From contig NZ_CP162102.1 of the NCBI RefSeq assembly GCF_042466665.1, positions 7,595,022 to 7,659,021 of the forward strand: a stretch of 64,000 nt of DNA, given 5' to 3'. A program made the translations under genes and the position numbers. The notes beneath the pieces were generated by a model that saw only the letters and a list, made by a program, of their open reading frames with translations, did not search any database and was not told where the DNA came from. Positions 20,146-30,439 of the stretch are shown in pieces; position 1 is the stretch's first letter; each line of letters begins with the position of its first letter. This DNA comes from Peterkaempfera podocarpi (GTDB lineage Bacteria > Actinomycetota > Actinomycetes > Streptomycetales > Streptomycetaceae).

Positions 20146-20384
20146 TTATCGCCGAACCGCACCCTGTCGGGCAGTGCGCGAGGCTCGTCGAGTGGACCGA
20201 CGACGCAGGGCCCCTCGCCGTGGCGTTTTCTGCCGCTGCGCCGATCGGCCCGGCCTGGAGCCCGGCAGTGGACTCCGGGCACTCGGATCGCGTGGGAAGG
20301 CTCGGCGACCGTGTCCGGTGATGCATGCCGGACCGCGCCGGTGCTGTCCTCTGCTCCGTCCTCCATGACAACAGGGGGTTGACG

Positions 20385-20403
20385 TGACAACCGGGGGTTG
20401 TCA
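20385..20403. promoter_or_regulatory. Perfect palindrome TGACAACC-GGG-GGTTGTCA immediately upstream of the small HTH gene RBS, with an upstream half-site copy; operator candidate
   Basis: Read in sequence; a direct repeat tgacaac(a/c)gggggttg lies 19 bp upstream. Confidence 0.5.
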
Positions 20404-20413
20404 TCCTGGAGTC

Positions 20414-20632
20414 ATGGCAGACACCAAGGACCTCTCCGTGCACCAGCCGGCATTCGACCGCCTCAGGGAGGTGCGAGCGCAGGCCATCGAGCATGCCCGC
20501 CTGGCCCGGCAGTTCGCTGTCGAGCGCCGAGATCTGATGCAGGGCCTGATCGACCAGGGTGTGTCCCAGGCGGACATTGCACGGGAGCTCGGAGTCACCC
20601 GCCAGGCCATCCAGAAGATGCTGGCCTGCTGA
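20414..20632 (+). CDS. Small helix-turn-helix DNA-binding protein (72 aa)
   Basis: GGAG 4 nt upstream of ATG; C-terminal QADIARELGVTRQAIQKML is an HTH. Confidence 0.55.
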   Translation: MADTKDLSVHQPAFDRLREVRAQAIEHARLARQFAVERRDLMQGLIDQGVSQADIARELGVTRQAIQKMLAC

Positions 20633-20773
20633 GGGCGCGGGCTCGCCGGCGCGGGCGTGCACGACGAAGGTCGCCGGCCGGGCCAAGGGCGCGTCGCCGG
20701 ACCTGGACCGCGCCGGGGGCATCGGCCTGCACGGGGCGCCCGCGTCGCGGTGGGCGCCCCGTGGCCGTTGCGG

Positions 20774-22270
20774 TCAGGTCTCCTGGCCCAGCGTCCCGCC
20801 TGTGCCCCCGTTGTCGTCCGGGTCCCCGGTGGCCAGCCCGAGGGCACCACGGACCTTCTTCGCCTCCGTGTAGCCGTCGTGGAGCGAGGCCTTGGACAGG
20901 GCCAGACGCTCGGCGTGGTCGTCCCGGGCGGTTGCGGCCTGCCGCCAGTACGGCAAGGACTTGCGGATCTCGCGTACCAGATCCGCGATCGGTCCGCGCA
21001 CCTTCGGTGACCAGGTCCCGGCCTCGAGCTGCTGCGCCTCCAGCTCCGTGGCATCGGCAACCTGCGCCGCCCAGACGTGGTAGGCGTGCAGGTCCTGCGA
21101 GGGCTCGAACCCGGGCTCCTGGTTGAGGGCGTCGTTGTGATCCCGGGTGCTGTCCAGGTAGTCGAGCTGGGCCCCGTTGAGATTGGTGTAGTCGCGCCGG
21201 ACGGAGCCGCTCCGCTTCCCGTTGTCATCCACAAAGAAGCAGGTGGAGTGCGGGTCCTTCCACCATTGGGAGGCGTCCTTGGGGTAGTAGTAATGGATGG
21301 CCAGGGTGGCCGGGTATGCCCAGCTGTCCATGATGTACCGGTCGGCGAGGTCCTGGCAGCCCTTCGAGGACTGCTCCAGGACCGACTGCTTGCCCGGGAA
21401 GGAGCTGAGGTCGTTGCCGTCGATGCGCGCCTGGCCGAACACTTCCCGTTCGTGCGGCTTGCTGCACGGCAGGACGGTCACATAGCTCACCATCGTCCCG
21501 GTCGGGGCGTCGAAGCAGTCACCCGTCTGCAGGTTGAACACCGAGGTCGTACCGGGCGGGCGTGCGCCAGGGGTGTGCAGGTCCGGGACGGTGGCGAAGG
21601 CGACCACGAGCAAGGTGACCCAGGCCACAGCCCAGACCGTGGACAGCGCGAGGCCCGCGCGGGCCAGTCCCCGGCCCCGCTGCCCGGTGCGCCGGATCTG
21701 CCCCAGCGCGGCGATGCCGAACCCGGCCGACAGCGGTACCAGACAGGTGAAGCCGAGCACCAGCGAGGCGATCGCGAACCCGTTGACGCCCGGAGGTGGT
21801 GCGGGCTGGGGCCAGCCCGGCATCCCGCCGTACGGGCCCCACGGCCCCCATGACCCGTCGGCGGGCGCCGCCGCCTTGCCCGAGGGCGGCGAGGCTGTGG
21901 GGAGGCTCGGGTCGGGCGGTGCCCAGGGGTTCCATGGCTGCGCCGCAGCGGCCGTCCCCTCGGGCGTCCCGGTGTGCGGTGCGGGACCGGTGGGCGCACC
22001 GACGGTCGTGGAGCCGTCGGTGCCGGACTCTTGAGTGTCCATGGTGTGCGGCTCGGGAGTGCCCGCATCCGGCGCGGGTTCGGCCGATGCGGTTGCCTCC
22101 AGCCCCGGGGCCTCCGGCACCCGGCCGTCGGACTCGGCCCGGGACGCCTCCGACCCCGACTCCGGCGTGGGAGCACTCGGCCCGGACGCAGTCGGCGCGG
22201 CGGCGTCCCGCGTGGGCTCCCCCGGTGGCGATTCGCCTGGTCCGGGGTCGTTGGGCTGGGGTGTCGGCAT
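20774..22270 (-). CDS. DUF4190 + septum-formation-family domain membrane protein with Pro-rich N-terminus
   Basis: GFAIASLVLGFTCLVPLSAGFGIAALGQIRRTGQRGRG (DUF4190-like) followed by NLQTGDCFD...C...C extracellular domain. Confidence 0.7.
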   Translation of the reverse strand: MPTPQPNDPGPGESPPGEPTRDAAAPTASGPSAPTPESGSEASRAESDGRVPEAPGLEATASAEPAPDAGTPEPHTMDTQESGTDGSTTVGAPTGPAPHTGTPEGTAAAAQPWNPWAPPDPSLPTASPPSGKAAAPADGSWGPWGPYGGMPGWPQPAPPPGVNGFAIASLVLGFTCLVPLSAGFGIAALGQIRRTGQRGRGLARAGLALSTVWAVAWVTLLVVAFATVPDLHTPGARPPGTTSVFNLQTGDCFDAPTGTMVSYVTVLPCSKPHEREVFGQARIDGNDLSSFPGKQSVLEQSSKGCQDLADRYIMDSWAYPATLAIHYYYPKDASQWWKDPHSTCFFVDDNGKRSGSVRRDYTNLNGAQLDYLDSTRDHNDALNQEPGFEPSQDLHAYHVWAAQVADATELEAQQLEAGTWSPKVRGPIADLVREIRKSLPYWRQAATARDDHAERLALSKASLHDGYTEAKKVRGALGLATGDPDDNGGTGGTLGQET

Positions 22271-22381
22271 GCGGTCCGGCTCCTGGTCTCGTGCGGATGT
22301 TCGACAGCGGCGGCGAGACTCTAGCGGACCGTGATCACGCCTGTCGTGACATATCGGCGTGCAGGTCGGAGCGGTTGTGGA

Positions 22382-22408
22382 CGGTACGCCGGGTACGCCG
22401 GGTACGCC
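22382..22408. repeat. Perfect 9-bp tandem repeat (ggtacgccg)x3 in an intergenic region
   Basis: Seen in sequence. Confidence 0.8.
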
Positions 22409-22946
22409 GTGGAGGTGCGGCCCGACCTCGCGTCCGCAGGGCGTCGGCCGAGCTGTGCGGGATGTCCTCGCCCGTTGCAGCGCATCGGGTGGGGGCGCTG
22501 AACTGTCGTGGCGTCAGATCCGTTCGCAGCGCGGCGATTCAGTGCTGTGCCCACCCTCGCCGGTGCGGGGAGCCGGGTGTGGAAGGTGCGGCGGTGTTCC
22601 TCCACGTTTCGGGCTGCCCTCGTACCCGAAGAAATTCCGGTGCTCCGGCCGCGTCCGGCTCACTACACTCACCACCGAAGGCACGCCGCCGCGACCCCGC
22701 AGAGAGTGTGCCCACCGACGAGTTGAGGGGAGCCGGGCCGTGCGTCACCGCATCGCCGTCGTGGTTTCCCGCCCCCGGTCCGAGGTGATCCTGGTGTCCT
22801 CGTCCGCCCGGTGCCGACTGCGCGGTCGGCTCCGGATGCCCGCGACGAACACCTGACCTCCGTCCGGGGGCCTCCGGCCCCCGTGACCCCTCGTCGTCCG
22901 GGAATCGCGCCGTCCTGTCCGGGATCTCCCCGAAAGGCCATGGGCC

Positions 22947-25010
22947 GTGCGTACCGATCTGCACCGTCATGCCGCAATCCAGCCGACCGCCATCCGCAAT
23001 CTGGGCATCCTCGCCCATGTCGACGCCGGTAAGACCACCGTCACCGAGCGGATCCTGTATCTGACCGGCGCCACCCACAAGCGGGGCGAGGTCCACGACG
23101 GGACGACGGTCACCGACTTCGACCCGCAGGAGCGCGACCGGGGAATCACCATCTTCGCCGCGGCGGTGAGCTGCCTGTGGGACGGGCACCGGCTCACCCT
23201 CATCGACACCCCCGGCCATGTCGACTTCTCCGCCGAGGTGGAGCGTTCGCTGCGGGTGCTCGACGGCGCGGTCGCGGTCTTCGACGCCGTCGCGGGTGTC
23301 GAGCCGCAGAGCGAGTCGGTGTGGCGGCAGGCGGACCGGCACGGTGTGCCGCGGATCGCCTTCGTCAACAAGATGGACCGGGCCGGCGCCGACCTCGACG
23401 CCGCGGCCGCCTCCATCCGGGAGCGGCTGGGCACCGTACCGCTGGTGGTCCAGCTGCCGATCGGCGTTGAGGACCGGTTCACCGGAGTGGTCGACCTGCT
23501 GCGCATGCGGGCACTGGTCTGGCCCGACGGGGTCGACGGGTACCAGGAGGGCCCGGTGCCGGAGTCCCTGCGGGACGAGGCGCACCGGCGCCGCCGACTG
23601 CTGGAGGAGACGGTGGCGGAGCTCCACCCGGCGGCGCTGGAGGAGTTCTGCGCCCGTGCGGAGGTCTCCGCACCGACGCTGGCCGCGGCACTCCGCGACC
23701 TGACACATACCGGGGAGGCGGTGGTGGTGCTGTGCGGGTCCGCGTACCGCAACCGCGGTGTCGAGCCGCTGCTGGACGCCGTGGTCTGCTGGTTGCCCTC
23801 GCCGCCGGAGGTGCCCGCGGTGCGCGGGGTGTTCGGGGGCGAGGTGCAGGAGCGCGCCGCCGATCCTGACGCGCCGTTCGCGGCGCTGGCCTTCAAGGTG
23901 AGCGCGGCCGCGACCGGGCGGCTGACCCATCTGCGGGTGTACTCGGGGACCGTACGCAGGGGAGATCTCGTCCTGGACGCGGGCTCGGGACGCAGCGAGC
24001 GGATCGGCCGGATCCTGCGGGTCCAGGCCGACCGGCACACCGATGTGGAGCTGGCGGTGGCCGGGGAGATCGTCGCGGTGCTCGGACTTCGGTCCGCGCG
24101 CGTCGGCGCCACCCTCTGCTCGCCCGCCGCACCCCTGCTCCTCGATCCGTCGGCCGTAGCCGATCCGGTGGTCTCGGTGGCCGTCGAGGCGCGCAGCGGC
24201 GGCGACACCGAGCGGCTGGCGGCGGCGCTGGCACGGCTGGCCGAGGAGGACCCGTCGCTGGTGCTGCGGACCGATCCGGAAACGGGCCAGACCCTGCTGT
24301 CGGGGCTGGGGGAACTGCATCTGGAGGTCGCGGTGGAGAAGATCCGCCGCACCCATGGGCTGGAGATCGGCGTCGGCCGGCCCCGGGTGGCCTACCGGGA
24401 GACGGTGGTCCGCGGGGTGTCAGGGCTGGTCTACCGGCACATCAAGCAGGAGGGAGGTGCCGGCCAGTTCGCCCATGTCGTCCTCGACGTCGGGCCGCTG
24501 GCGGCGGACGAGGCCGGGGGCTTCACGTTCCGGTCGGCCGTCACCGGCGGACGGGTGCCCCCGCCGTACATCCGCGCGGTCGAGGCGGGCTGCCGGGACG
24601 CCCTGGCCGAGGGGCCGCTCGGCGGCCACCCGGTGACGGGGCTCCGGGTCACCCTCACCGACGGGGGCACCCATCCCCAGGACTCCTCGGAGGCGGCCTT
24701 CCGTACGGCCGGCCGGTTCGCTCTCCGGGAGGCCCTGCGGGCCGCCACGATGGCGCTGCTCGAGCCGGTGGTCGAGGTCACGGCCACCATGCCCGAGGAC
24801 GCCGTCGGCGGGGTGCTCGGTGACCTGGTGGCTCGGCGCGGCCGGGTGACCGGGTCGGCCGTGCGGGGCGGCACCGCGGTGGTGACGGCGACCGTGCCAC
24901 TGGCCGAACTCTTCGGCTACGCCGGACGTCTGCGCAGCCGCACCCAGGGCAGGGGTTCCTTCACCACCCGGCCCGCCGGGTACGCCCCGTCGCCCGGCTC
25001 CGCCCGGTAG
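22947..25010 (+). CDS. Elongation factor G paralog (EF-G2-like translational GTPase)
   Basis: GTG start; G1-G4 motifs [21 protein letters not shown]; EF-G-like domains throughout. 687 aa, shorter than canonical FusA. Confidence 0.8.
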   Translation: MRTDLHRHAAIQPTAIRNLGILAHVDAGKTTVTERILYLTGATHKRGEVHDGTTVTDFDPQERDRGITIFAAAVSCLWDGHRLTLIDTPGHVDFSAEVERSLRVLDGAVAVFDAVAGVEPQSESVWRQADRHGVPRIAFVNKMDRAGADLDAAAASIRERLGTVPLVVQLPIGVEDRFTGVVDLLRMRALVWPDGVDGYQEGPVPESLRDEAHRRRRLLEETVAELHPAALEEFCARAEVSAPTLAAALRDLTHTGEAVVVLCGSAYRNRGVEPLLDAVVCWLPSPPEVPAVRGVFGGEVQERAADPDAPFAALAFKVSAAATGRLTHLRVYSGTVRRGDLVLDAGSGRSERIGRILRVQADRHTDVELAVAGEIVAVLGLRSARVGATLCSPAAPLLLDPSAVADPVVSVAVEARSGGDTERLAAALARLAEEDPSLVLRTDPETGQTLLSGLGELHLEVAVEKIRRTHGLEIGVGRPRVAYRETVVRGVSGLVYRHIKQEGGAGQFAHVVLDVGPLAADEAGGFTFRSAVTGGRVPPPYIRAVEAGCRDALAEGPLGGHPVTGLRVTLTDGGTHPQDSSEAAFRTAGRFALREALRAATMALLEPVVEVTATMPEDAVGGVLGDLVARRGRVTGSAVRGGTAVVTATVPLAELFGYAGRLRSRTQGRGSFTTRPAGYAPSPGSAR

Positions 25011-25020
25011 CCGCCGAACG

Positions 25021-25064
25021 GTGGCCCCGCGCTGTCGGCCGATCAGCCGACAGCGCGGGGCCAC
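25021..25064. terminator. 19-bp perfect-stem hairpin after the EF-G paralog gene
   Basis: gtggccccgcgctgtcggc-cgatca-gccgacagcgcggggccac. Confidence 0.6.
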
Positions 25065-25283
25065 CGCCACCGCCACCCCAGACCCGCCCGGAAGCCGGAG
25101 CGGAACCCCGGGTCGCGGTCGGCGGTTCCAGGACGCAAGCCGGACCCGCGCGCAGTGGCTGCGCGGCTGTCCGGTGCGGTGATCAGTACGGTGTCCCGGA
25201 GCGGATGCCCGGCTGCGCCCGGTCGGCCGGACGCTCGGGGACGACCGTCCCCGCCCTCCCGGCCGACCGGACCTGACCCACCG

Positions 25284-26831
25284 TCACCCCCGGGCAGCCG
25301 CCAGGGGCTCTGCCTCGGGGGCCGGGGCGGGGGCAGGGGTCCTGCGCGGACGGACGAGCGTGAAGATCAGCACGGCCCCCATGGCGGCGGCGACCGCCGA
25401 GACGAGGAAGAGGCGGTCCAGGCCGGCGGTGGCAGCGTGCCGCAGCAGCTCTGCGGCCGCGTCCCGCTGTCCTGCCGGGACCTGCCGCAGCAGCGCCTGG
25501 CCCTGTCCGCCGCCCAGGGCGGTCGCTGCGCGCTGCGCGTCGGGGACCCGGCCGGAGGCGGCCAGGACGTCACGCGCCCGGCTGGTGAACATCGCCGAGA
25601 ACACCGCGATGGCCAAGGTCAGCCCGAGCTGCCGGAAGGTGTTGACCGCGCCGCCTGCCATACCGGCCCGCCGGGGCGGGACGCTCGCCGTTGCCGCCGC
25701 CACCAGGACCGGTGTGAACAGGCCGACCCCCACTCCGATCACGGCGAAGCCCGCGTACAGCGACGACCTGCCCGAATCCGTGTGCACGGACAGTGCCAGG
25801 ACCAGCAGCCCGAGCGCGATCAGCAGCGCACCGCAACCGAGCGCCACCCAGCTGGGAATGCGCTGGATGAAACGGCCGGCCGCACCCGAGACGGCGAAGG
25901 AGACCAACGCCAGCGGGGTCATCGCCAGACCTCCGGCGATCGGGCTGAGGTCCAGCAGCGACTGCAGCCAGAGCGAGACCAGCATCAGCGACCCGAAGCT
26001 CGCCCCCTGCACCAGCAGCGCCGCCGCCATCAGGCCGTCGAACCTGGGGCTGCGCATCAGCCGCAGATCCAGCATCGGGTATGCGGACCGCTGCTCGACC
26101 ACCACAAACGCCACCAGCGCCAGTACCGCTGCCGCAAAGCAGGCCAGTACCCTCGGCCGGCCCCAACCTCCGCCGTCGCCACCGGTGATCAGGGCGTAGG
26201 TGACCAGGCCCGCGCACACGGTGAAGGCCAGCGAACCCAGGTAGTCGACCCGGGCACCCGCGTGCCGCTCATGACGGGGACGGTCCGCGGCCACCACGCG
26301 CAGGGTCAGACAGGCGGCCACGGCCACGATCGGCAGGTTCACCAGGAAGATCGCCTGCCAGCCGAGGCCCTCGGTCAGCAGGCCTCCGAGCACCGGCCCG
26401 GCCGCCGCCCCGGCACCGTTGACGGCGCCCCAGAAGCCGAACGCGGTACCCCGGTCGCGGCCCTGGTAGGTGGAGGCGATCAGCGCGGCCGAGGTCGCGA
26501 ACATCGCCGCGCCGCCGAGCCCCTGTACGGCGCGGGCGGTCACCAGCAGATCACCGTTCGGCGCGAGCGCCGACCCGAGTGAGGCCACACCGAACACGCT
26601 CAGACCGATCACATACCAGCGACGGTGACCATGGATGTCGGCAAGCGAACCGGCCACCAGCAGCACCGCGGCCAGCGCGAGCGAATAGGCGTCGATGACC
26701 CACTGCAGCGACGTGTAGCTCGCGTTGAGGTCCTTGGCCATATCGGGGAGGGCGACCGTCACGATGGTGACATCGAGAAGCAGGATGAAGGAGCCCAGGC
26801 AGATCGCTGTCAAAGGCCACCATTTGCGCAT
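25284..26831 (-). CDS. MFS transporter, DHA2 (EmrB/QacA, 14-TMS) drug:H+ antiporter family
   Basis: Starts MRKWWPLTAICLGSFILLLDVTIVTVALP (internal ATG in frame with ORF 25284..27767; GGAG upstream). The 827-aa ORF is read-through of the upstream intergenic region. Confidence 0.8.
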   Translation of the reverse strand: MRKWWPLTAICLGSFILLLDVTIVTVALPDMAKDLNASYTSLQWVIDAYSLALAAVLLVAGSLADIHGHRRWYVIGLSVFGVASLGSALAPNGDLLVTARAVQGLGGAAMFATSAALIASTYQGRDRGTAFGFWGAVNGAGAAAGPVLGGLLTEGLGWQAIFLVNLPIVAVAACLTLRVVAADRPRHERHAGARVDYLGSLAFTVCAGLVTYALITGGDGGGWGRPRVLACFAAAVLALVAFVVVEQRSAYPMLDLRLMRSPRFDGLMAAALLVQGASFGSLMLVSLWLQSLLDLSPIAGGLAMTPLALVSFAVSGAAGRFIQRIPSWVALGCGALLIALGLLVLALSVHTDSGRSSLYAGFAVIGVGVGLFTPVLVAAATASVPPRRAGMAGGAVNTFRQLGLTLAIAVFSAMFTSRARDVLAASGRVPDAQRAATALGGGQGQALLRQVPAGQRDAAAELLRHAATAGLDRLFLVSAVAAAMGAVLIFTLVRPRRTPAPAPAPEAEPLAAARG

Positions 26832-26948
26832 CAGTGCACTCCGTGGAAGAGAGTTCAAATCGAATGCCTCCACCCTGGGTGCGGCAGGCATCCAGCGACA
26901 GCCACAGGCCGTCGGGCGGCACAATCCGACATCACCTACCGTGGAGCG

Positions 26949-27986
26949 GTGAAATCCGACAGCCGGGATGAGCCGAGCATCTCCCCGATCGATCTCGGCG
27001 AGACCGACAACGCACTCGCCCACGCCCTCCACATCGACGGCCGCGCCCCCTTCGCCAAGATCGCCGACATCCTCGGCGTCTCCGACCAGACCGCGGCCCG
27101 CCGCTACGCACGGCTCCGCCGTACCGGCACGCTCGCCGTCCTGGGTCTGACCAACGCCCTGCGCAGCGGCGAGAACCACTGGCTGCTGCGGGTGCGCGCC
27201 GCTCCCGAGGCGGCGGTGCCCCTGGGTGAGGCGCTGGCCCGCAGGGACGACACCTCCTGGGTCTCCCTCGTCTCCGGAGGCACCGAGGTCTGCTGCACGG
27301 TACGCGAGCGGCCCGGGAGGCAGCACGAGCATCTGCTCCTGCACCAACTGCCCCGCACGCCCCAGGTCACCGATGTGCAGGCCTACGCCGTCCTCCATGT
27401 CTTCTTCGGCAACGACCAGTCGCCCCTGACCCGCTCCGGACCCCTCACCCCCGAGCAGGTCCAGACGCTGGAACCCGAGGACGCGCCCGACGGCTCGGAG
27501 CTCGGCCGCCCCCTCGACGACGACGAGCGACGCCTGCTCGCGGTCCTCGCCCGCGACGGCCGCGCACCGCTCACCGAACTCGGCCAGGCCACCGGCTGGT
27601 CCCTCAGCACCGTCCGGCGGCGCCTGTCCCATCTGCGGCGCACCGGGGTCCTGTACTACGACATCGACCTGGCTCCCCGCCTCCTCGACCGGGGGATGCA
27701 CGCCGGCCTCTGGCTCGACATCGACCCCGCCTCGCTGGAGCGGGCCGGCACCGCCATGGCCCAGCACCCCGAAGTCAGCTTCGCCGCCGCAACCACCGGC
27801 TCCACCAACCTCTACGCCTCACTCCACTGCGCAGACGCACCCTCGCTCTACCGCTACCTCACCACTCGGATCGCCACCATCCCCGGCATGCGCAGCTGCG
27901 CCACCGCCCCCGTGCACCGGACCCTCAAAGGCGCGGGCCCCATGGCCCCGCGCCCCCGCAGCCACAGCCACACCGAGCGAAACTGA
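26949..27986 (+). CDS. Lrp/AsnC-family transcriptional regulator with tandem duplicated AsnC-type HTH-RAM modules, divergent from the MFS gene
   Basis: GTG in frame; two repeats of DxxD/ERRLLxxLxxDGRAPxxELxxxxGxSxxTVRRRL. Confidence 0.65.
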   Translation: MKSDSRDEPSISPIDLGETDNALAHALHIDGRAPFAKIADILGVSDQTAARRYARLRRTGTLAVLGLTNALRSGENHWLLRVRAAPEAAVPLGEALARRDDTSWVSLVSGGTEVCCTVRERPGRQHEHLLLHQLPRTPQVTDVQAYAVLHVFFGNDQSPLTRSGPLTPEQVQTLEPEDAPDGSELGRPLDDDERRLLAVLARDGRAPLTELGQATGWSLSTVRRRLSHLRRTGVLYYDIDLAPRLLDRGMHAGLWLDIDPASLERAGTAMAQHPEVSFAAATTGSTNLYASLHCADAPSLYRYLTTRIATIPGMRSCATAPVHRTLKGAGPMAPRPRSHSHTERN

Positions 27987-28132
27987 GTCACCATCAGAAC
28001 CCTTCAGGCGCCCGGATCGCCGCGCAGTGAAGGGGTTGCCACTGCCCCCTGCGGGGCCTGCACAGGCGCACTGGGCTGCGCCGGTCATTCACCACCCCCG
28101 CGTTGTCAGAGGCCCTCGGTACCGTCCTCGGC

Positions 28133-29035
28133 ATGATCCCTCCGCGCCCTTCCCTGCTCCCCCTGCGGGACGACCCGACCGGTCGTCTCCTCGGCGCCGA
28201 TCTCCCTCCCGGGCGGCTGCTCGACGAGACCTTCGAAGGCCCCTGGCGCGAGCCGCTGGTGTGGCGCTCCGATGTGCCGGCCCTGCCCGGCCACTGGGCC
28301 CGTCTCCGGGCGGAGACCCGCCACACGGGTCTGTATCCCTTGCTCCTCGGCGGCACGCACACCTATGCGCGAGGGGTCCGCGAGCCGGAGCCCTGGCAGC
28401 CGGATCTGGGGCCCGACCTCGTGACCGACCCCGACGCCTTCGACGCCGAGCAGCTCATGCGCGAGTGGTGGCAGAAGTACGCCACCCCGGACGCGGACGC
28501 GGACGGGGGCGGGGGCGGGGGCGAGGGCGAGGGCGAGGGCGAGGGCGAGGACAGCGAGGCCGACGAGCGAGCGGAGATGCTGGCGCCCCACGACCGGACG
28601 TGGCCCGGCTTCGCCCCCGCCGGGACACTGCAGGCAGATCCCGAACACCGCGCCGCCGAAGCGGCCGACATCCTCCTCCGGAACAAGAACCTGCTGCTGC
28701 CCCGACTCGGCCTGGCGCCCGCCGGGCGCAGCTCCGACGTGCTCACGGCCATCGGCTGGACCGGCCCGCTGAACTACGACAACGACCCCGCACCCTTCAC
28801 CGCGGTCCTGCGCTCCTGGGAGGACCGCTTCGGCACCCGCCTGGTCGCGCTCACCCACGACGTCCTTTATCTGTCGGTCGCCGCCCCACCGCGCACCCTC
28901 GACCACGCCCTCGCTGTCGCTGCCGAGCACTTCGCCTTCTGCCCCGACAGCATCTGGCAGGGCAGCGACACCATCCACACCCACGCCGAGGAGAGCATCC
29001 TCGACCAGCCACTGTGGGCCTTCTGGTGGGACTGA
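28133..29035 (+). CDS. DUF4253 domain-containing protein
   Basis: C-terminal WEDRFGTRLVAL...LAVAAEHFAFCPDSIWQG...LWAFWWD; the 28103 track start is TTG, so ATG 28133 was chosen. Confidence 0.6.
   Translation: MIPPRPSLLPLRDDPTGRLLGADLPPGRLLDETFEGPWREPLVWRSDVPALPGHWARLRAETRHTGLYPLLLGGTHTYARGVREPEPWQPDLGPDLVTDPDAFDAEQLMREWWQKYATPDADADGGGGGGEGEGEGEGEDSEADERAEMLAPHDRTWPGFAPAGTLQADPEHRAAEAADILLRNKNLLLPRLGLAPAGRSSDVLTAIGWTGPLNYDNDPAPFTAVLRSWEDRFGTRLVALTHDVLYLSVAAPPRTLDHALAVAAEHFAFCPDSIWQGSDTIHTHAEESILDQPLWAFWWD
28489..28550. repeat. Hexanucleotide microsatellite (gacgcg)2-3(gggggc)3(gagggc)4 inside the DUF4253 gene, encoding DADADGGGGGGEGEGEGEGE
   Basis: Seen in sequence. Confidence 0.8.
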
Positions 29036-29192
29036 CACCAGGGCCGGCTCCACCACCGCCCCCGCGGTGCGAAGCAGCGCGACGGGGTGGGCATGGCGTC
29101 CCCCGCGCGGGTCCGGCACCCGGGCCGGCCGTCACGGCAGACCCGGGGAACCTGGTGGAGCCCCGATCACGGTGAGCGCTGCTCTGCCGGTC

Positions 29193-30062
29193 TCAGGCCG
29201 CCGTCTGGGACTGCGCGGCCTCCGGCCGCAGATCGCTGAGTCGGAGCAGATGGGCGGGGGAGTCGGGCAGCACCGTACGGCGGGTGATGCGCAGCTGCGC
29301 GTCGACGTGGAGCAGCACGCCCGGATCCAGCAGCTCCCAGTCGGGGTTGTCATCCATCCGTTCGGAGGCCGTGACCACGGCCGCGCAGTCCGCGAGGTCG
29401 CGGGAATGGACGCGCATCCGGCCTCCGGTGCCGCTGTGGTCGAGGTGCCGGGTGCCGTGGCAGCCACCGGGCGGCCGGTGCAGCACGTACAGATCATGGG
29501 TGTCGGGGTAGCGCAGCGCCCACAGCTCGTCGGGGGTGATGAGAACGAGGTTGAGGGCGTAGACGGGCAGGTGCTCGGCGACCCACCGCGCCGCCTGCTC
29601 GATCCCTGCGGCGACATCCCCGCCGTGTGCCCGGGTCTCCCTGGTGATCAGTGCGAAGAACCGCTCGGAGTCGGTGTCGCCCTGGACCAGGGACAGATCC
29701 TCACCCAGGTGCGCATCCAGGGCGTCCAGCCCTTCGATCACACCGTTGTGCGCGAACAGCCGGCCGTCCTGCTCGAACGGATGGGTGTTGCGCGCCTCCA
29801 GCGCCCCGGTGGAGGCGAAGCGGACATGCGCGAGAAACGTCGTCGAGCACACCTCCCGGGCCTCCTCCGCGAACGCCCGGTCCTCGTAGGCCGCGACCGG
29901 GGCCTTGTGGACCTGGGCCGCTCCGCCGCTGTCGAAGAAGCCGAGCCCGGTGCCGTCGGGATCGCGGTGGCTCTGGTCGCTGAGGCTGTCCGGTGCGTCG
30001 AGGAGCCAGAACGTCGCACGGGTTCGCCGGGGAGCGCTCGTCAGGCCGAAGAGACGGCACAT
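29193..30062 (-). CDS. Class II (Ntn-type) glutamine amidotransferase domain protein (EgtC / YafJ-like)
   Basis: Internal start MCRLFG with the nucleophile Cys2 characteristic of class II GATases; start placed by frame arithmetic (+/-1). Confidence 0.6.
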   Translation of the reverse strand: MCRLFGLTSAPRRTRATFWLLDAPDSLSDQSHRDPDGTGLGFFDSGGAAQVHKAPVAAYEDRAFAEEAREVCSTTFLAHVRFASTGALEARNTHPFEQDGRLFAHNGVIEGLDALDAHLGEDLSLVQGDTDSERFFALITRETRAHGGDVAAGIEQAARWVAEHLPVYALNLVLITPDELWALRYPDTHDLYVLHRPPGGCHGTRHLDHSGTGGRMRVHSRDLADCAAVVTASERMDDNPDWELLDPGVLLHVDAQLRITRRTVLPDSPAHLLRLSDLRPEAAQSQTAA

Positions 30063-30439
30063 CACCGAAGCCTTTCGGTCGGTAACCGGAGGGAGGCCGC
30101 CCTGTCGGGGCCTCACCGGGGTGCCCGGACGTAGCGCCCGGGCTCGGAGGGTTCGTACCAGACGCCCGACCGCCGCCCGTCCACTGCCGCTCGGGGGTCC
30201 GCCCGGCGTGCCGGTGCCGGGCCGGACCGGGCCGGACGATCCCGGCGCGACAACGTCCGGTGCAGGGTGGCACCCAACACTCAAACGCGTCCCCGGTGGC
30301 TCTGCAAGCCGGAAGGAAAGCAGAAGCGGCAGTTGCTCCTTCGGCCGGTCGACCGGGAGCCCTCCCGCCGTCCCGCGACACACCTCACATCGTCGATCCG
30401 GCGCTGCTCCTCACCGGGGAGCAGCGCCGCCGACGGTTC

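Noticed and set aside
25284-27767. 827-aa ORF on the minus strand
   Set aside because: Only the C-terminal 515 aa (from MRKWWPL at 26831) are an MFS transporter. The N-terminal 312 aa are read-through of the divergent Lrp gene region in the antisense frame.
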